Source: an uncultured virus (IMG/VR IMGVR_UViG_3300033148_003715) (lineage: Duplodnaviria; Heunggongvirae; Uroviricota; Caudoviricetes). From it: DNA of 64,000 nt. Below are positions 1-9,730 of this stretch, piece after piece. The stretch is taken from the IMG/VR virus record IMGVR_UViG_3300033148_003715. One strand, written 5' to 3'. The notes beneath the pieces were generated by a model, which was given only the letters and a program-made list of their open reading frames with translations, was not told where the DNA came from and did not search any database. The translations under genes were made by a program, and so were the position numbers. Positions within the stretch are counted from its first letter, which is position 1. Each line of letters starts with the position of its first letter.

Positions 1-765
1 TTCAAGGCGACCCACAAGCTCCGATTGATGGGCGTCGATCGTTTCGAGGATCCGCCGAAAGCCACGAACCTAGATCCCTATTTCCTTGGGGTCTGGTTTG
101 GCGAGGGCACGAAGACCCTCGTTCATTCTGCGAGGAAGGACGTCGAGGAACTCAAGGTCGTTTCGATAGCGAATCCCGACCCGGAGATCCGGTCCCTCTG
201 TGAGGCCGAGGCTGAGAGATGGGGTCTCAGGATCAAGACGTACGACGAGGATCGCTGCCCCATGATGTTCTTCTTCGGCAAGCGCGGTCGTCCCAACGAC
301 ATGCTCGACGCCCTCAGGGAGGATGTTGGTCCTGAGATCAAGATCCCCGATCGGATCATGCGTTCCTCTCGCGATGTCAGGCTCGAGTTCCTGGCGGGAT
401 TCCTCGATGCAGACGGATACCTGCATAACAACTGCTTTGAGATCACTCAGAAAAGGGAGGACTGGGCGCGGGCCGTCTGGTGGATTGCGAGGTCGCTTGG
501 TTTCGTGTCCACGATCCACCCCAAGGTGTCGCGCTGTCAGAACGGTTACGAGGGAACCTACTTCAGGGTGGGGATCAGTGGGAACACGGACCAGATCCCT
601 ACTCGGATTCCTCGCAGACAGGCCTCGCCCAGGAAGTCCATCAGAGGTGTTGGTCGTGGTCGGTTGGGATTCAGCGTAGTCCCGCTGGATGACGGTGAGT
701 ACTTCGGTTTCCATCTCGACGGCGATGGCCGGTTCCTTCTGGGTGACTTCATGGTCACCCACAAT
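1..765 (+). mobile_element. Intein with LAGLIDADG homing endonuclease (5' end outside window)
   Basis: PYFLGVWFGEG and FLAGFLDADG blocks; C-terminal splice motif YFGFHLDGDGRFLLGDFMVTHN/S. Confidence 0.9.
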
Positions 766-1713
766 TCGAACCTGATCCGCGCCTTGCGGGATTGGGCGTT
801 CAACGTCTCTGGTACCCGGTTCCTCACCGAGGGTATGTCGATCATGCGGGTCGCGGTCGCGGTCGGGGATCGCTACAAGGTCGTATTCACCAAGGAGCGC
901 AAGAGCAAGAAGGGCTCGAGCAGCTACGTGGTTGTGGACGCCGAGACGGGCGAGAAGATCAAGTGGGAGAAGATCGGCCTGACCGTGCCCGAGGAGGTCG
1001 TGGACATCACGGGCATTAGGCCCATCAAGGCCGCCGACGATCTCTCGGTGCGGATCAACTTCTCCGAGCAGGGCGAGCCCTGGTTTCTCCTGAGCCCGTT
1101 GGCCTGGACCGGCTCCCGGGTGAGCAAGGTGATCGGGCAGATCAGCGGCGTTGACGCCCTCACGAGCGGCTGCCGCGACATCGTCTACCTCCGCGGCGTG
1201 AGGCGGCGGGACGCGAAGCGAGCCCGGGAGAGGATCGAGGAGAGGAGAGGAGCCCTCGAGGAGTTCGAGGACCTGGATGCGCGTGGGAAGATCCTGAAGC
1301 GGGCCGAGACCAAGCTGGTCCAGGTCGGTCGAGCTGAGAGACTCCTCGAGGAGGCGGTTCGGCTCACGACCCGGGCCGAGGAGCTGAGTCAGGACCTGGA
1401 GGAGGCACGCGAGGCGGTCGCGGCTTCCTCCAGGGTATCGGTGTGGGTCGAGGCCGGAGAGTTCCTCGAGGACCTCGCGCGGCTCGAACGGGCCGAGAAG
1501 CTCCATGCGCGGGCCGAGTCCCTCCAGGGCGACCTCGAGCGGGCCCAGCAGGGCCGGGCCGAGACCCGGAAGCGGCTGAGTAAGCACGCGATCGAGTTGA
1601 CCAAGTTGGCCCGCGCGGGCCGGGTTTGCTCGGTTTGCGGGGGAGCCCCGCACCGGGAGTGCGTGGCCGCCCTCAAGGCTCAGGCCCAAGACGCCCAGGA
1701 CTGGACCCCATGA
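1..1713 (+). CDS. sbcC: SbcC/Rad50 (gp46-like) N-terminal half, 5'-partial, intein-containing
   Basis: Frame open from base 1; after the intein comes SNLIRAL (post-Walker A), INFSEQ (Q-loop), a coiled coil and CSVC (zinc hook) near the end; SbcD nearby. Confidence 0.8.
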   Translation, partial: FKATHKLRLMGVDRFEDPPKATNLDPYFLGVWFGEGTKTLVHSARKDVEELKVVSIANPDPEIRSLCEAEAERWGLRIKTYDEDRCPMMFFFGKRGRPNDMLDALREDVGPEIKIPDRIMRSSRDVRLEFLAGFLDADGYLHNNCFEITQKREDWARAVWWIARSLGFVSTIHPKVSRCQNGYEGTYFRVGISGNTDQIPTRIPRRQASPRKSIRGVGRGRLGFSVVPLDDGEYFGFHLDGDGRFLLGDFMVTHNSNLIRALRDWAFNVSGTRFLTEGMSIMRVAVAVGDRYKVVFTKERKSKKGSSSYVVVDAETGEKIKWEKIGLTVPEEVVDITGIRPIKAADDLSVRINFSEQGEPWFLLSPLAWTGSRVSKVIGQISGVDALTSGCRDIVYLRGVRRRDAKRARERIEERRGALEEFEDLDARGKILKRAETKLVQVGRAERLLEEAVRLTTRAEELSQDLEEAREAVAASSRVSVWVEAGEFLEDLARLERAEKLHARAESLQGDLERAQQGRAETRKRLSKHAIELTKLARAGRVCSVCGGAPHRECVAALKAQAQDAQDWTP

Positions 1714-1753
1714 GGCCCTCAGGAGGCCCCCCCATGAGGCCCTCAGGAGGCCC
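1706..1753 (+). repeat. 24-bp tandem duplication CCCCATGAGGCCCTCAGGAGGCCC x2
   Basis: Read directly. Confidence 0.9.
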
Positions 1754-1836
1754 GAGAGGCCCTCGTCGTGTCCGGTCCGGGGAATCCACCCCCGAGAGGG
1801 GATCGTGGCCCAGGCGGGCTCTGAGGGGGCCCAGAT

Positions 1837-1854
1837 GTTTGGGATATCCCAAAC
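1837..1854. repeat. 18-bp palindrome copy 1 (GTTTGGGATATCCCAAAC)
   Basis: Exact match, intergenic. Confidence 0.95.
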
Positions 1855-1877
1855 CGAGAGGGAGTGGCGTGGCTGAC

Positions 1878-2138
1878 ATGGAATTGAGCGACCAGGAGGC
1901 GGTCGAGATCGCCCGACGCGCATTGTCCAAGGACTGCGACCTCTGCCGGGTCTCGACCGAGCCCTACGGGACCTGTCATGGGTGCGGGCGCAAGTGGGGG
2001 TCGTGCAGGACGGAGGCCAGGGTGGACGCGCTCACTCAGGCCGTGCTTGCTGAGCTGGACATCTGCCACGCCTCCGAGCCCACTCTGGCCGGACTCAAGG
2101 ACGTCATACGCGAGCACCTAGAGGGAGGGGCGGGGTGA
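1878..2138 (+). CDS. Hypothetical Cys-rich protein
   Basis: ORF overlapping next start, CxxC pairs. Confidence 0.6.
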   Translation: MELSDQEAVEIARRALSKDCDLCRVSTEPYGTCHGCGRKWGSCRTEARVDALTQAVLAELDICHASEPTLAGLKDVIREHLEGGAG

Positions 2139-2663
2139 TCAAGACCGCGACGATCAGCGAGTGCGACCTCTACCGCTACACGCTCGGCCGACGCTGGGCC
2201 AGTGGGCCGGTCATGCTATTCATCCTCCTCAACCCCTCGAAGGCCGACGCGGAGATCGACGATCCGACGCTGCGGCGCGGGATCGGGTTCGCGAAGCGAG
2301 AGGGCTACGGGGGCGTCGTGTTCGTCAACCTATTCGCGTTCCGCGCCACCGACCCGGACGAGCTGAAGCGGGCCGAGGATGGACGAGCTGAAGCGGGCCG
2401 AGGATCCGATCGGGCCCGAGAACGACCGATACATCTCCAGGGTGGCTCGCCGGGTCGAGCGTGACGGCGGCAAGGTGGTCCTCGCGTGGGGCACCCGCGG
2501 GGTGTTCTTGGGTCGGGACCAAGCCGTGCTGGCTCTCCTGCACGGGGCCGACGTGTGGCTCTATCACCTGGGTCGGACCAAGGACGGGCACCCCAGACAT
2601 CCGCTCTACCTGAAGGCCAACACCCCGCTCCGCCTGTGGTTGAACGAGAAGGAGAAGGTATAG
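2135..2663 (+). pseudogene. DUF1643-family protein, frameshifted by a 25-bp duplication
   Basis: YRYTLGRRW, FILLNPSKAD, DDPTLRR, VNLFAFRATDP in one frame; VLAWG and HPRHPLY in another. Confidence 0.85.
2356..2405 (+). repeat. 25-bp tandem duplication GGACGAGCTGAAGCGGGCCGAGGAT x2
   Basis: Read directly. Confidence 0.95.
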
Positions 2664-2728
2664 TGGGAGTGAGCCCGCAGGTGCGCCAACACCCCGGGCC
2701 CTCGGCAAGCCGTGAAGGGACCACGACC

Positions 2729-3517
2729 ATGCGCACCCACTATATCCGCTGCCCGCGCTGCGAACGAGACCTCCCGAGGTCTGAGTTCCACAAGAACGGC
2801 GCGAAGACGTCCGGTATCCAGGTGTACTGCAAGCGCTGCAAGTGGGAGCTGAACAAGGCTAGTCGTGCTCGGAGACGTGGTCACTCCACGCCCAGTAAGA
2901 AGCGGTGCTCGAAGTGTCGAGGCGTGTTTACTCCGGCCGACTTCTACCGTGACTCAGCCCAGAAGACTGGGCTGACCTCCTGGTGTAGGAGGTGCATCAA
3001 CACCAAGAACGCTAACCTGACGGCCGCCCGGCACGAGAGGGACCCGCTCAAGAACCTGCCGCCCGACAAGAAGCACTGCCCGAAGTGCAAGAGGGTCCGG
3101 GACGTGGAGTTCTTCTGCGTATCTAGAAGAAGCGCCAGAGGGCGAGTTTCGTGGTGCCGTGACTGCACTAGCGAGAGTCAGAAGCGACGACGAGAGAAGG
3201 AAGATCCTGGGTGGACAAAGGTAATTCGGAGACAGGCTCATCTGAAGTACCGGCTCAAGCAGCTTGGTCTTACGATGGAAGATTACGAGGACATGATTCT
3301 CGAGCAGGGGAACAGGTGCGCGATTTGCGGGTCGTCCCCGGAGGATTCCAGGGCTAAGAACCCGGTCCTCCACATCGATCATTGTCACGAGACCGGGAGA
3401 GTCAGGGGCCTGCTTTGTCGTGGCTGTAACCACGGGCTGGGATCCTTCGGGGACGACCCGAGGCGCGTCCTACTCGCGGCCCGCTACCTGGTCAAGCACA
3501 AGAAGGCGGCCAGATGA
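2729..3517 (+). CDS. Endonuclease VII domain protein with N-terminal zinc-finger repeats
   Basis: QGNRCAICG...LHIDHCHETGRVRGLLCRGCNHGLG. Confidence 0.85.
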   Translation: MRTHYIRCPRCERDLPRSEFHKNGAKTSGIQVYCKRCKWELNKASRARRRGHSTPSKKRCSKCRGVFTPADFYRDSAQKTGLTSWCRRCINTKNANLTAARHERDPLKNLPPDKKHCPKCKRVRDVEFFCVSRRSARGRVSWCRDCTSESQKRRREKEDPGWTKVIRRQAHLKYRLKQLGLTMEDYEDMILEQGNRCAICGSSPEDSRAKNPVLHIDHCHETGRVRGLLCRGCNHGLGSFGDDPRRVLLAARYLVKHKKAAR

Positions 3518-4539
3518 TTCGCTTGATGTTCTTCAATGATCCACACTTCTCAAGACATCCCCCGGAGTGCCGGGCTGATTCTTACCCGATTGAGATCCTT
3601 GAGAAGTTGCATGAGATCGCTCGTCTCGCGGTCAAGCTCAAGGTCCGGGTGATCGGCTGTTCGGGCGACTGGTTTCACCGTAAGGGGCGCGTAACCTGGA
3701 GGGAGGGCAACGATCTGCTTGCGGTCCTGCGGGGCTGGCAGGACAAGGACATCGACGTGGTTGGGATCCTGGGCAACCACGACATAGCCGGTCACAGCAT
3801 GAAACGCGAGAAGCTCGTCGTAGGACTTGAGACCCGCGCCGTGGGGAGCTTGGTCTACTCCAAGACCATGGACCTGCTCGACCACGATCCCTATTTGGGA
3901 GAGGAGGACGGGAGCCAGGTTTGGGTCACGGGTACGAGCTACTTTCATGGCTGCGACGCCAATGACGAGAACCGGCTGAAGATGTACGGGGCCCCGCCCG
4001 CGCCGGACAAGCGGTGCGTGAGGATCCACGTCTGCCATGGGACGCTGCTCCAGCGGGGGACGTTCTTCGAGGACTACACGGTCGCCCCGGATCTGATCGA
4101 CCTCCTGCACGAACACGACGCTCTCCCGGATGTGATCGTCTGCGGACATCTCCACTTCCCCGAGGGGATCAAGTTCTATCTGCGCCCCGACGGGACCGGG
4201 AACGTCGCCGTCTGCCGGGTGGGTTCGCTCGCGCGGGTCTCGAGCGACGACTTCGACCGGATTCCGAAGGTGCTCCTCGTCGCGATCAAGGGTCAGCGGT
4301 TCGTCTGTAAGGAGATCGAGGTCGGGACCGACGTGTCCCGAGGGGGAGAGACCCCCGAGAGGAACAACCCGGCCGAGCACGCCGAGAGGATCCAGGAGTT
4401 CGTCCGGGTCCTGCGCGAGGAGGCCGACGAGTGGTCACTCCTTGACGTCAGGACTGTCCTGACCCGGGTCGCTGAGGAGATGGGCCACGACGACGAGGCC
4501 CTCCGGGTCGCGGTCGAGGCGGTGGAGAAGAGGCAGTAG
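3514..4539 (+). CDS. sbcD: SbcD/Mre11-like metallophosphoesterase nuclease
   Basis: DPH, GDWFH, GNHD, GHLH motifs; lies between the SbcC halves. Confidence 0.85.
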   Translation: MIRLMFFNDPHFSRHPPECRADSYPIEILEKLHEIARLAVKLKVRVIGCSGDWFHRKGRVTWREGNDLLAVLRGWQDKDIDVVGILGNHDIAGHSMKREKLVVGLETRAVGSLVYSKTMDLLDHDPYLGEEDGSQVWVTGTSYFHGCDANDENRLKMYGAPPAPDKRCVRIHVCHGTLLQRGTFFEDYTVAPDLIDLLHEHDALPDVIVCGHLHFPEGIKFYLRPDGTGNVAVCRVGSLARVSSDDFDRIPKVLLVAIKGQRFVCKEIEVGTDVSRGGETPERNNPAEHAERIQEFVRVLREEADEWSLLDVRTVLTRVAEEMGHDDEALRVAVEAVEKRQ

Positions 4540-5485
4540 TGCATTACTGGGTGCCGGGCGATCTCAGCACGCCTCCGAACCCGAAGACGGTGAAGCGACG
4601 CATACCAGACGAGAGGCCCGTCTGGTCGTCGAACAGCTACGAGAAGCAGGAGGCGGTCTGGGGGTTCGTCGAGCGGTGGGAGCGCGTGACGGGGACGCCG
4701 CGGGGCCGGGTCTGTCGGACCTGCGGGAACACGAAGACGAACGCGGCCGGGAGGCCGTGTCTGTGCATGGGAAAGAACGGAGGCGGCTGATGGCTAGGTG
4801 GAAGAAGATCACGAGCAACGCGCGAAAGAGCAAGCGAGGCAACCAGCTCCCCGGGAGGGTCCGCTATCGGAAGCGCGTCCGGTGCCCGATCACCGGAAGG
4901 AAGCTCTCGCGGGTGGTGAGGCGGTGAGGGTGCGGGGCCTGATCGGGATCGTCCTCAAGGAGGTACTGTTCGTCGCCGACGAGCTGGGATGGTTCGACGA
5001 GGACGAGCCGGAGCTGTTCGTGGACGCGCGGGAGCCGTTCCAGGACATGATCGTTGCGGACGTGGACGGGATCTCGCACCGGGTCGCGGCGATCGAGCGC
5101 CACATGGGCGGCAGCATGCTGGTCCAGGGAGGCATGAAGGTCTGCGATTGCCCGGTCTGTGACGCGTGGCTCAAGGAGGACGACCCCGAGGATTCCTGCC
5201 TGCACTGCATTCAGTCGAGGTGCGACCCGAAGCGCGAGCCGTGCAAGGACAGGGTGGTGGAGCCGTGAGTTTCGAGAACGAACCCCTCTGTGCTCTCCCT
5301 CCCGATCTTCAGAAGAGGCGGCGTGAGTTGCAGTCCCAGCAGAAGGAGATCGAGCGACAGCTCAAAGAGAACGCCCGGGAGATCAAGGACCATCGGGCCA
5401 GGTGCAAGCACGAGGCGCGGCCCGGCACGGAGGGTCACTACGCGACCTACTGCCGTCACTGTGGATTCATGATGGACACATGGCT

Positions 5486-5965
5486 ATGAGGTGCCCGAGC
5501 TGCGGGGCCGAGGAGCCAGAGACCACCCTGATGGGTGGCCTCATTGGGATCGACCGGAACCGAGCCTGGTGCGGGTGCGGGTGGGAGGGGATCGCCCAGG
5601 ACGCGATGACCCCCGACGAGGCTCAGACACAGGTCGGGCTGGCGCTGAAGCGTTTCATAGGCCAGAGGATCGAGCCGACCCTGTTCGATCTGATCAGGGA
5701 GGTCCTCCTGCCGTTCGTCAACCGGGGCGAGCGGTTCTTCCCGCCCGAGGCGATCCTCACGAAGGCGATCGAGAACGAGGACGGGGTCGTCGAGACCGTC
5801 CAGGTCACGCTCGACAAGGCGCTCCTCGAGGGCCGGGCGGCGGGCGAGCTGAGGGCGTGCGGGATCCCGATTCAGGACGATGTCCCGGACTGCGCGACGA
5901 TCAAGGACGGCGAGTGGAGCTGGATCGAGGTCGATGTGGTTCTGAAGCCGGAGGAGGGGCCATGA
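5486..5965 (+). CDS. Hypothetical protein
   Basis: ATGA-coupled ORF in an operon of small genes. Confidence 0.55.
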   Translation: MRCPSCGAEEPETTLMGGLIGIDRNRAWCGCGWEGIAQDAMTPDEAQTQVGLALKRFIGQRIEPTLFDLIREVLLPFVNRGERFFPPEAILTKAIENEDGVVETVQVTLDKALLEGRAAGELRACGIPIQDDVPDCATIKDGEWSWIEVDVVLKPEEGP

Positions 5966-6294
5966 GCGAGGAAGACGAGGACCGCGACGCGAGGGAGCGC
6001 AACGTCAGAGGTCGGGTCCCGGTCGAGTACGTCCAGGGGGCCGAGGCGGGATTCACCGTCGTGGAGTGGCACGACCGCCCGCTCCCCGAGGGACACCCGG
6101 ACTGCGTCGGGGTCGTCTTCGACTCGCCGGCCTTCGACAAGGCCATGGCGATCCTGGACCGCGACGACCCCGGGACGAACATCAAGGACGCCAAGCTCAT
6201 GATCCGACTCAAGAGCCGCTCGGCCGTGAACTCGATGATCGAGGCCCTCCGGTTCCACCGGAACAACGTCTGGCCCCGGGGGAGGAGGACGTGA
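5962..6294 (+). CDS. Hypothetical protein
   Basis: GGAGG RBS, coupled ORF. Confidence 0.55.
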   Translation: MSEEDEDRDARERNVRGRVPVEYVQGAEAGFTVVEWHDRPLPEGHPDCVGVVFDSPAFDKAMAILDRDDPGTNIKDAKLMIRLKSRSAVNSMIEALRFHRNNVWPRGRRT

Positions 6295-6530
6295 GCGACC
6301 CGGCAAAGATTCGCGCCCGGATCGAGCAGTGCAAGCAGAACCTGGCCCGCCGCGAGGGCGAGGCCGAGACCCTTAAGGGAGAGGTCCAGAAGACCAAGAA
6401 GGAGCTGCGGAAGCTCCTCAAGTGCAAGGCCGGTCAGGAGGAGAAAGCGCTCGAGAAGATCAGGAAGAAGGTCGTCAAGGACCAGGAGGAGGTCGAGGAG
6501 TTACTCGACGACGCCGAGGGGGTTGAGTGA
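6291..6530 (+). CDS. Small coiled-coil protein, possibly SbcC-associated
   Basis: K/E-rich helical sequence directly upstream of the SbcC C-half. Confidence 0.6.
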   Translation: MSDPAKIRARIEQCKQNLARREGEAETLKGEVQKTKKELRKLLKCKAGQEEKALEKIRKKVVKDQEEVEELLDDAEGVE

Positions 6531-7477
6531 GCCAGGCCCATCGGCTGAAGCGGCTCAAGCAGGAGCACGAACGGCGGGTCGGGAGGCGCGACTCGATCCT
6601 CGAGGACGTGACCCTGTCTGAGCGGGCCCTGGTGGAACTCGACGCCGAGGAGGTCAAGCTCACCAAGGCGATCGAGATCCTCCAGGCGGCGGTCGAGACC
6701 CGCCGGGAGGAGCTACGGGACCGGGTCGAGGTCCTGGTCACGCGAGGACTCCGGGCCGTGTTTGGCCGGGAAGACTTCGAGTTTGCGTTCAACGTCCAGA
6801 CCAAGGCCGACGTGATCAACGTGATTCCGGTCCTGCGGAGCATGTTCGGCGAGCGAGTACTCGAGACCGAGATCGCGGACGGACACGGGGGCGGGGTCGC
6901 GGATGTGATCGCGTTCGTGCTCCGAGTCCTGGTCCTGACCCTGACGCGCCCCAAGGTGGCGCCGATCATGATTCTCGACGAGTCATTCAGACACGTCTCG
7001 CCCAACTACCTGCGTGGGGTCGCGACCCTCCTGGCCGAGCTGAACCAGACCGCGGGGATCCAGTTCCTCCTGGTTACGCACAAGCCGGAGCTGCTCGACG
7101 CGGCCGACGTGGTCTATCGGGCCCACATGAATCTAGGCGGGACCGAGTTCCACCTCGAGCACGACACCCGGGATTGCAACTACCACGCCCGGCCCAAACA
7201 GGACCAGCGCCTAGAGCCCCCGACCCCGTTCGCGCACGAGGACATGACCTGGCCCGACGACCGGAGAGCGGAGCCCAAGAGGAGTGCGACCGTCGACGCC
7301 CGCGCGAACAGACAGCGATACCTGGCCGATAACAAGGTCCCGTGGGAGGGACTCGAGGAGAAGTGGGCCGAGGCTCGCCGCAAGCGCTATCAGAGGGAAC
7401 GCATGCGGCGCTACCGGAAGGAACGTCGCGCACGCGAGCCAGAGTGGGACTGGCGGGGGAACAAAGAGAAGGACTAA
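6527..7477 (+). CDS. sbcC: SbcC/Rad50 C-terminal half (ABC signature, Walker B, H-loop)
   Basis: Coiled coil, then HGGG, IMILDESF, LLVTH. Confidence 0.8.
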   Translation: MSQAHRLKRLKQEHERRVGRRDSILEDVTLSERALVELDAEEVKLTKAIEILQAAVETRREELRDRVEVLVTRGLRAVFGREDFEFAFNVQTKADVINVIPVLRSMFGERVLETEIADGHGGGVADVIAFVLRVLVLTLTRPKVAPIMILDESFRHVSPNYLRGVATLLAELNQTAGIQFLLVTHKPELLDAADVVYRAHMNLGGTEFHLEHDTRDCNYHARPKQDQRLEPPTPFAHEDMTWPDDRRAEPKRSATVDARANRQRYLADNKVPWEGLEEKWAEARRKRYQRERMRRYRKERRAREPEWDWRGNKEKD

Positions 7478-7480
7478 GAC

Positions 7481-8089
7481 ATGGGGACCAACACGAAAGT
7501 TGTAGCGACTTCCCTGACTGATCTCTTGTCGAATCATTGGCTCGACCAGGCCAGAGCCGCTCGGGACGTGTGGAACGGAGGCTACGGCGAAGGCATCAAC
7601 CTGGGAGAGATCGCGGACACCATGAACGTGTGTGCTGGGCAGGTGTCGAAGTTGATCGGCGTCACCAGGCTTCCTCGTCGGGTCCTCAAGCACGCCAGGA
7701 CGATCGATCCCAAGACGGGGAAGCTCAAGTATGCCAGGGAGATATTCCTGGTCCTCGTAAGCGCGAAGATTCCAGACGCGGTCCATGGGATCGCCGTTCT
7801 GATGGACATGGGAGTACCTCTCACGAGTGAGATCGTGAGGGGCATGGTCGGACATCGACAACGCTCTGCCTTGAAGTTGACGGGTGAACCGAGGAGAGAT
7901 GTGGCGCTCGCGATGTCGGTGATCAGGGTTCATGTTGTGAGACTCGTCAGGGACATCGGCCCGGTAGACGTGGGTGCGATCTCGAATGTCCTCGGGCTCG
8001 CGAAGGCGATCATCGCGCCCATCCTCGACGTGCTTGTCTGCGAACGAGTACTCGTCAAGTCGGGTGCCGAGTACAAGGAGAACAAGTGA
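7481..8089 (+). CDS. ParB/Spo0J-like HTH DNA-binding protein without N-terminal ParBc domain
   Basis: WLDQARAARD...NLGEIADTMNVCAGQVSKLIGVTRLPRRVL...GKLKYAREI resembles the ParB central HTH domain. Confidence 0.5.
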   Translation: MGTNTKVVATSLTDLLSNHWLDQARAARDVWNGGYGEGINLGEIADTMNVCAGQVSKLIGVTRLPRRVLKHARTIDPKTGKLKYAREIFLVLVSAKIPDAVHGIAVLMDMGVPLTSEIVRGMVGHRQRSALKLTGEPRRDVALAMSVIRVHVVRLVRDIGPVDVGAISNVLGLAKAIIAPILDVLVCERVLVKSGAEYKENK

Positions 8090-8320
8090 ACATCCTGCTA
8101 GAGGGCGAAGACGGCGGCAAGTGGTCAGTCATGGTGGTGCCGACCACGACGGCCGAGACCGACAAGGGCGCTCCAGGGCCGGGCGAGGTCGGCATGATCC
8201 TCCTGGGGGTCGCGAACGACGTGCTGGGTCAGCACTTCAAGGAGGCCGGCGCGTCGGGCTCGTTGATCCAGCTCCCCAGGCTGGGCGAGAAGATCCCGCC
8301 GCCTGCGGGGCCGTGACCGC

Positions 8321-9097
8321 GTGGGCCTACTCAAGGACTGTCTGACCGAAGCCACCTCGGGCACCCACGGGAAGGACCGGGCGAAGAAGCACGCGCGCAA
8401 GGCGGAGGCGTGGATCATGGACGAGATCAAACGGCAGCTCGCCACGGAGGCCGAGTTCAACGAGTGGGCCCTCCGGTCGGCCCGGCGGCAGTGGAGCACC
8501 TGCCGGGCCTGTCCGCTCGGGGATCGGCGCGAGCGAGTCGTGTTCGGCCAGGGCCCGGCCGAGCCCCTTGCGTTCTTCGTCGGCGAGGCCCCGGGTGAGG
8601 TCGAGGACTCCGTGGGCGAGCCCTTCAAGGGTCCGTCGGGAGCCCTCCTCAGGGCGGTCTGCCGGGCAGTTGGGATTGACCTGAGGCGCGACGTGTGGAT
8701 AACCAACGTGGTCGGGTGTAGGCCGAGTCGCAACCGGAAGCCCGAGCGGGACGAGCGCCTCGCCTGCATGGCGCGGCTCCACGTCCAGTGCGCGACCCTC
8801 AAGCCCCGTGTGATTCTCCTCCTGGGTGGGGTCGCGCTGCGGTGGCTGCAGGACGTGGACCGGGCCCCGCGGGTCTCGGACTGGCGCGGCCGGGTCCCGT
8901 GCAAGCACTGGCCCGACACGGGCCCCTACGGGAGACAGAACCTGAAGCTAGTCTGGGTCACCTACCACCCCAGCTATGTGCTCCACCAGAAGACCAAGGG
9001 CGGCAAGAGAGTCGCGTTGTCGAAGCTCACCTCGGACCTGAGGAAGGTCGGGCGGGTCCTGGAGCTGTTGAACACGAAGACGAGGAGGGGCGCGTGA
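8321..9097 (+). CDS. Uracil-DNA glycosylase, family 4-like
   Basis: CRACPL, VFGQG, FVGEAPG, PFKGPSG, TNVVGCRP, TYHPSY. Confidence 0.9.
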   Translation: MGLLKDCLTEATSGTHGKDRAKKHARKAEAWIMDEIKRQLATEAEFNEWALRSARRQWSTCRACPLGDRRERVVFGQGPAEPLAFFVGEAPGEVEDSVGEPFKGPSGALLRAVCRAVGIDLRRDVWITNVVGCRPSRNRKPERDERLACMARLHVQCATLKPRVILLLGGVALRWLQDVDRAPRVSDWRGRVPCKHWPDTGPYGRQNLKLVWVTYHPSYVLHQKTKGGKRVALSKLTSDLRKVGRVLELLNTKTRRGA

Positions 9098-9477
9098 AGG
9101 AGTTCACGATCGAGATCGAGGGCAAGAACTACCTGGTCCAGAAGCACAACGTCGCAGTCGGCGACGACGGGATCACGACCGGCTACAGCCTTGACCGGGG
9201 CGAGACGTGGTGGCCGACCATGATCGAGGCGTTCAAGGTCGCCCAGGAGGCCGGGAAGCTGTCCGTGGTGGGGGACGAGCCGGGGGAGCACGGCGAGTTC
9301 GAGGAGTTCATCCTCGCCCTCGTCGCGGAGGTCCAGGCTCTCAAGCCTGGTGAGTCGCTGCGACTCATGCGCGATAACGTCAACGTGGTCGCGATCAAGG
9401 AACAAGCCGTGTTTGCCGTCAGGGCGAGCACGATCGGAGACGTGGATCTGAGAATGACGGAGGACAAGAATGGCTGA
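9094..9477 (+). CDS. Hypothetical protein
   Basis: GTGA-coupled ORF. Confidence 0.6.
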   Translation: MKEFTIEIEGKNYLVQKHNVAVGDDGITTGYSLDRGETWWPTMIEAFKVAQEAGKLSVVGDEPGEHGEFEEFILALVAEVQALKPGESLRLMRDNVNVVAIKEQAVFAVRASTIGDVDLRMTEDKNG

Positions 9478-9730
9478 ATCGGCGATGGTTGAACTCGTTT
9501 GCAAGACCGAAGACCAGGTCGTAGCTCGGATCGAAACCGAGGGGGCCCTGGATGCGAAGATGATCCTGAGGGGGATCACGAGGGTCGATCCTGGTCGGGC
9601 CCCCACCGTGGAGAAGATCCGGGACGGGGTCCAGCTCCTCTGCGGGCACTGTCACGAGCCTCTATTCTTTCGAGCCCAGGACGGTGAGCTGATCGCGGCC
9701 ATGCCGGGAAGTGCAAAGGTGAAGCCGTGA
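9470..9730 (+). CDS. Hypothetical protein
   Basis: Coupled ORF with RBS. Confidence 0.55.
   Translation: MAESAMVELVCKTEDQVVARIETEGALDAKMILRGITRVDPGRAPTVEKIRDGVQLLCGHCHEPLFFRAQDGELIAAMPGSAKVKP

Noticed and set aside
70..1923. Long antisense or alternate-frame ORFs (e.g. 70..1923-, 22671..24182-, 24542..26155-)
   Set aside because: Shadow ORFs expected at high GC; they overlap motif-bearing genes and are Arg/Pro/Gly-rich
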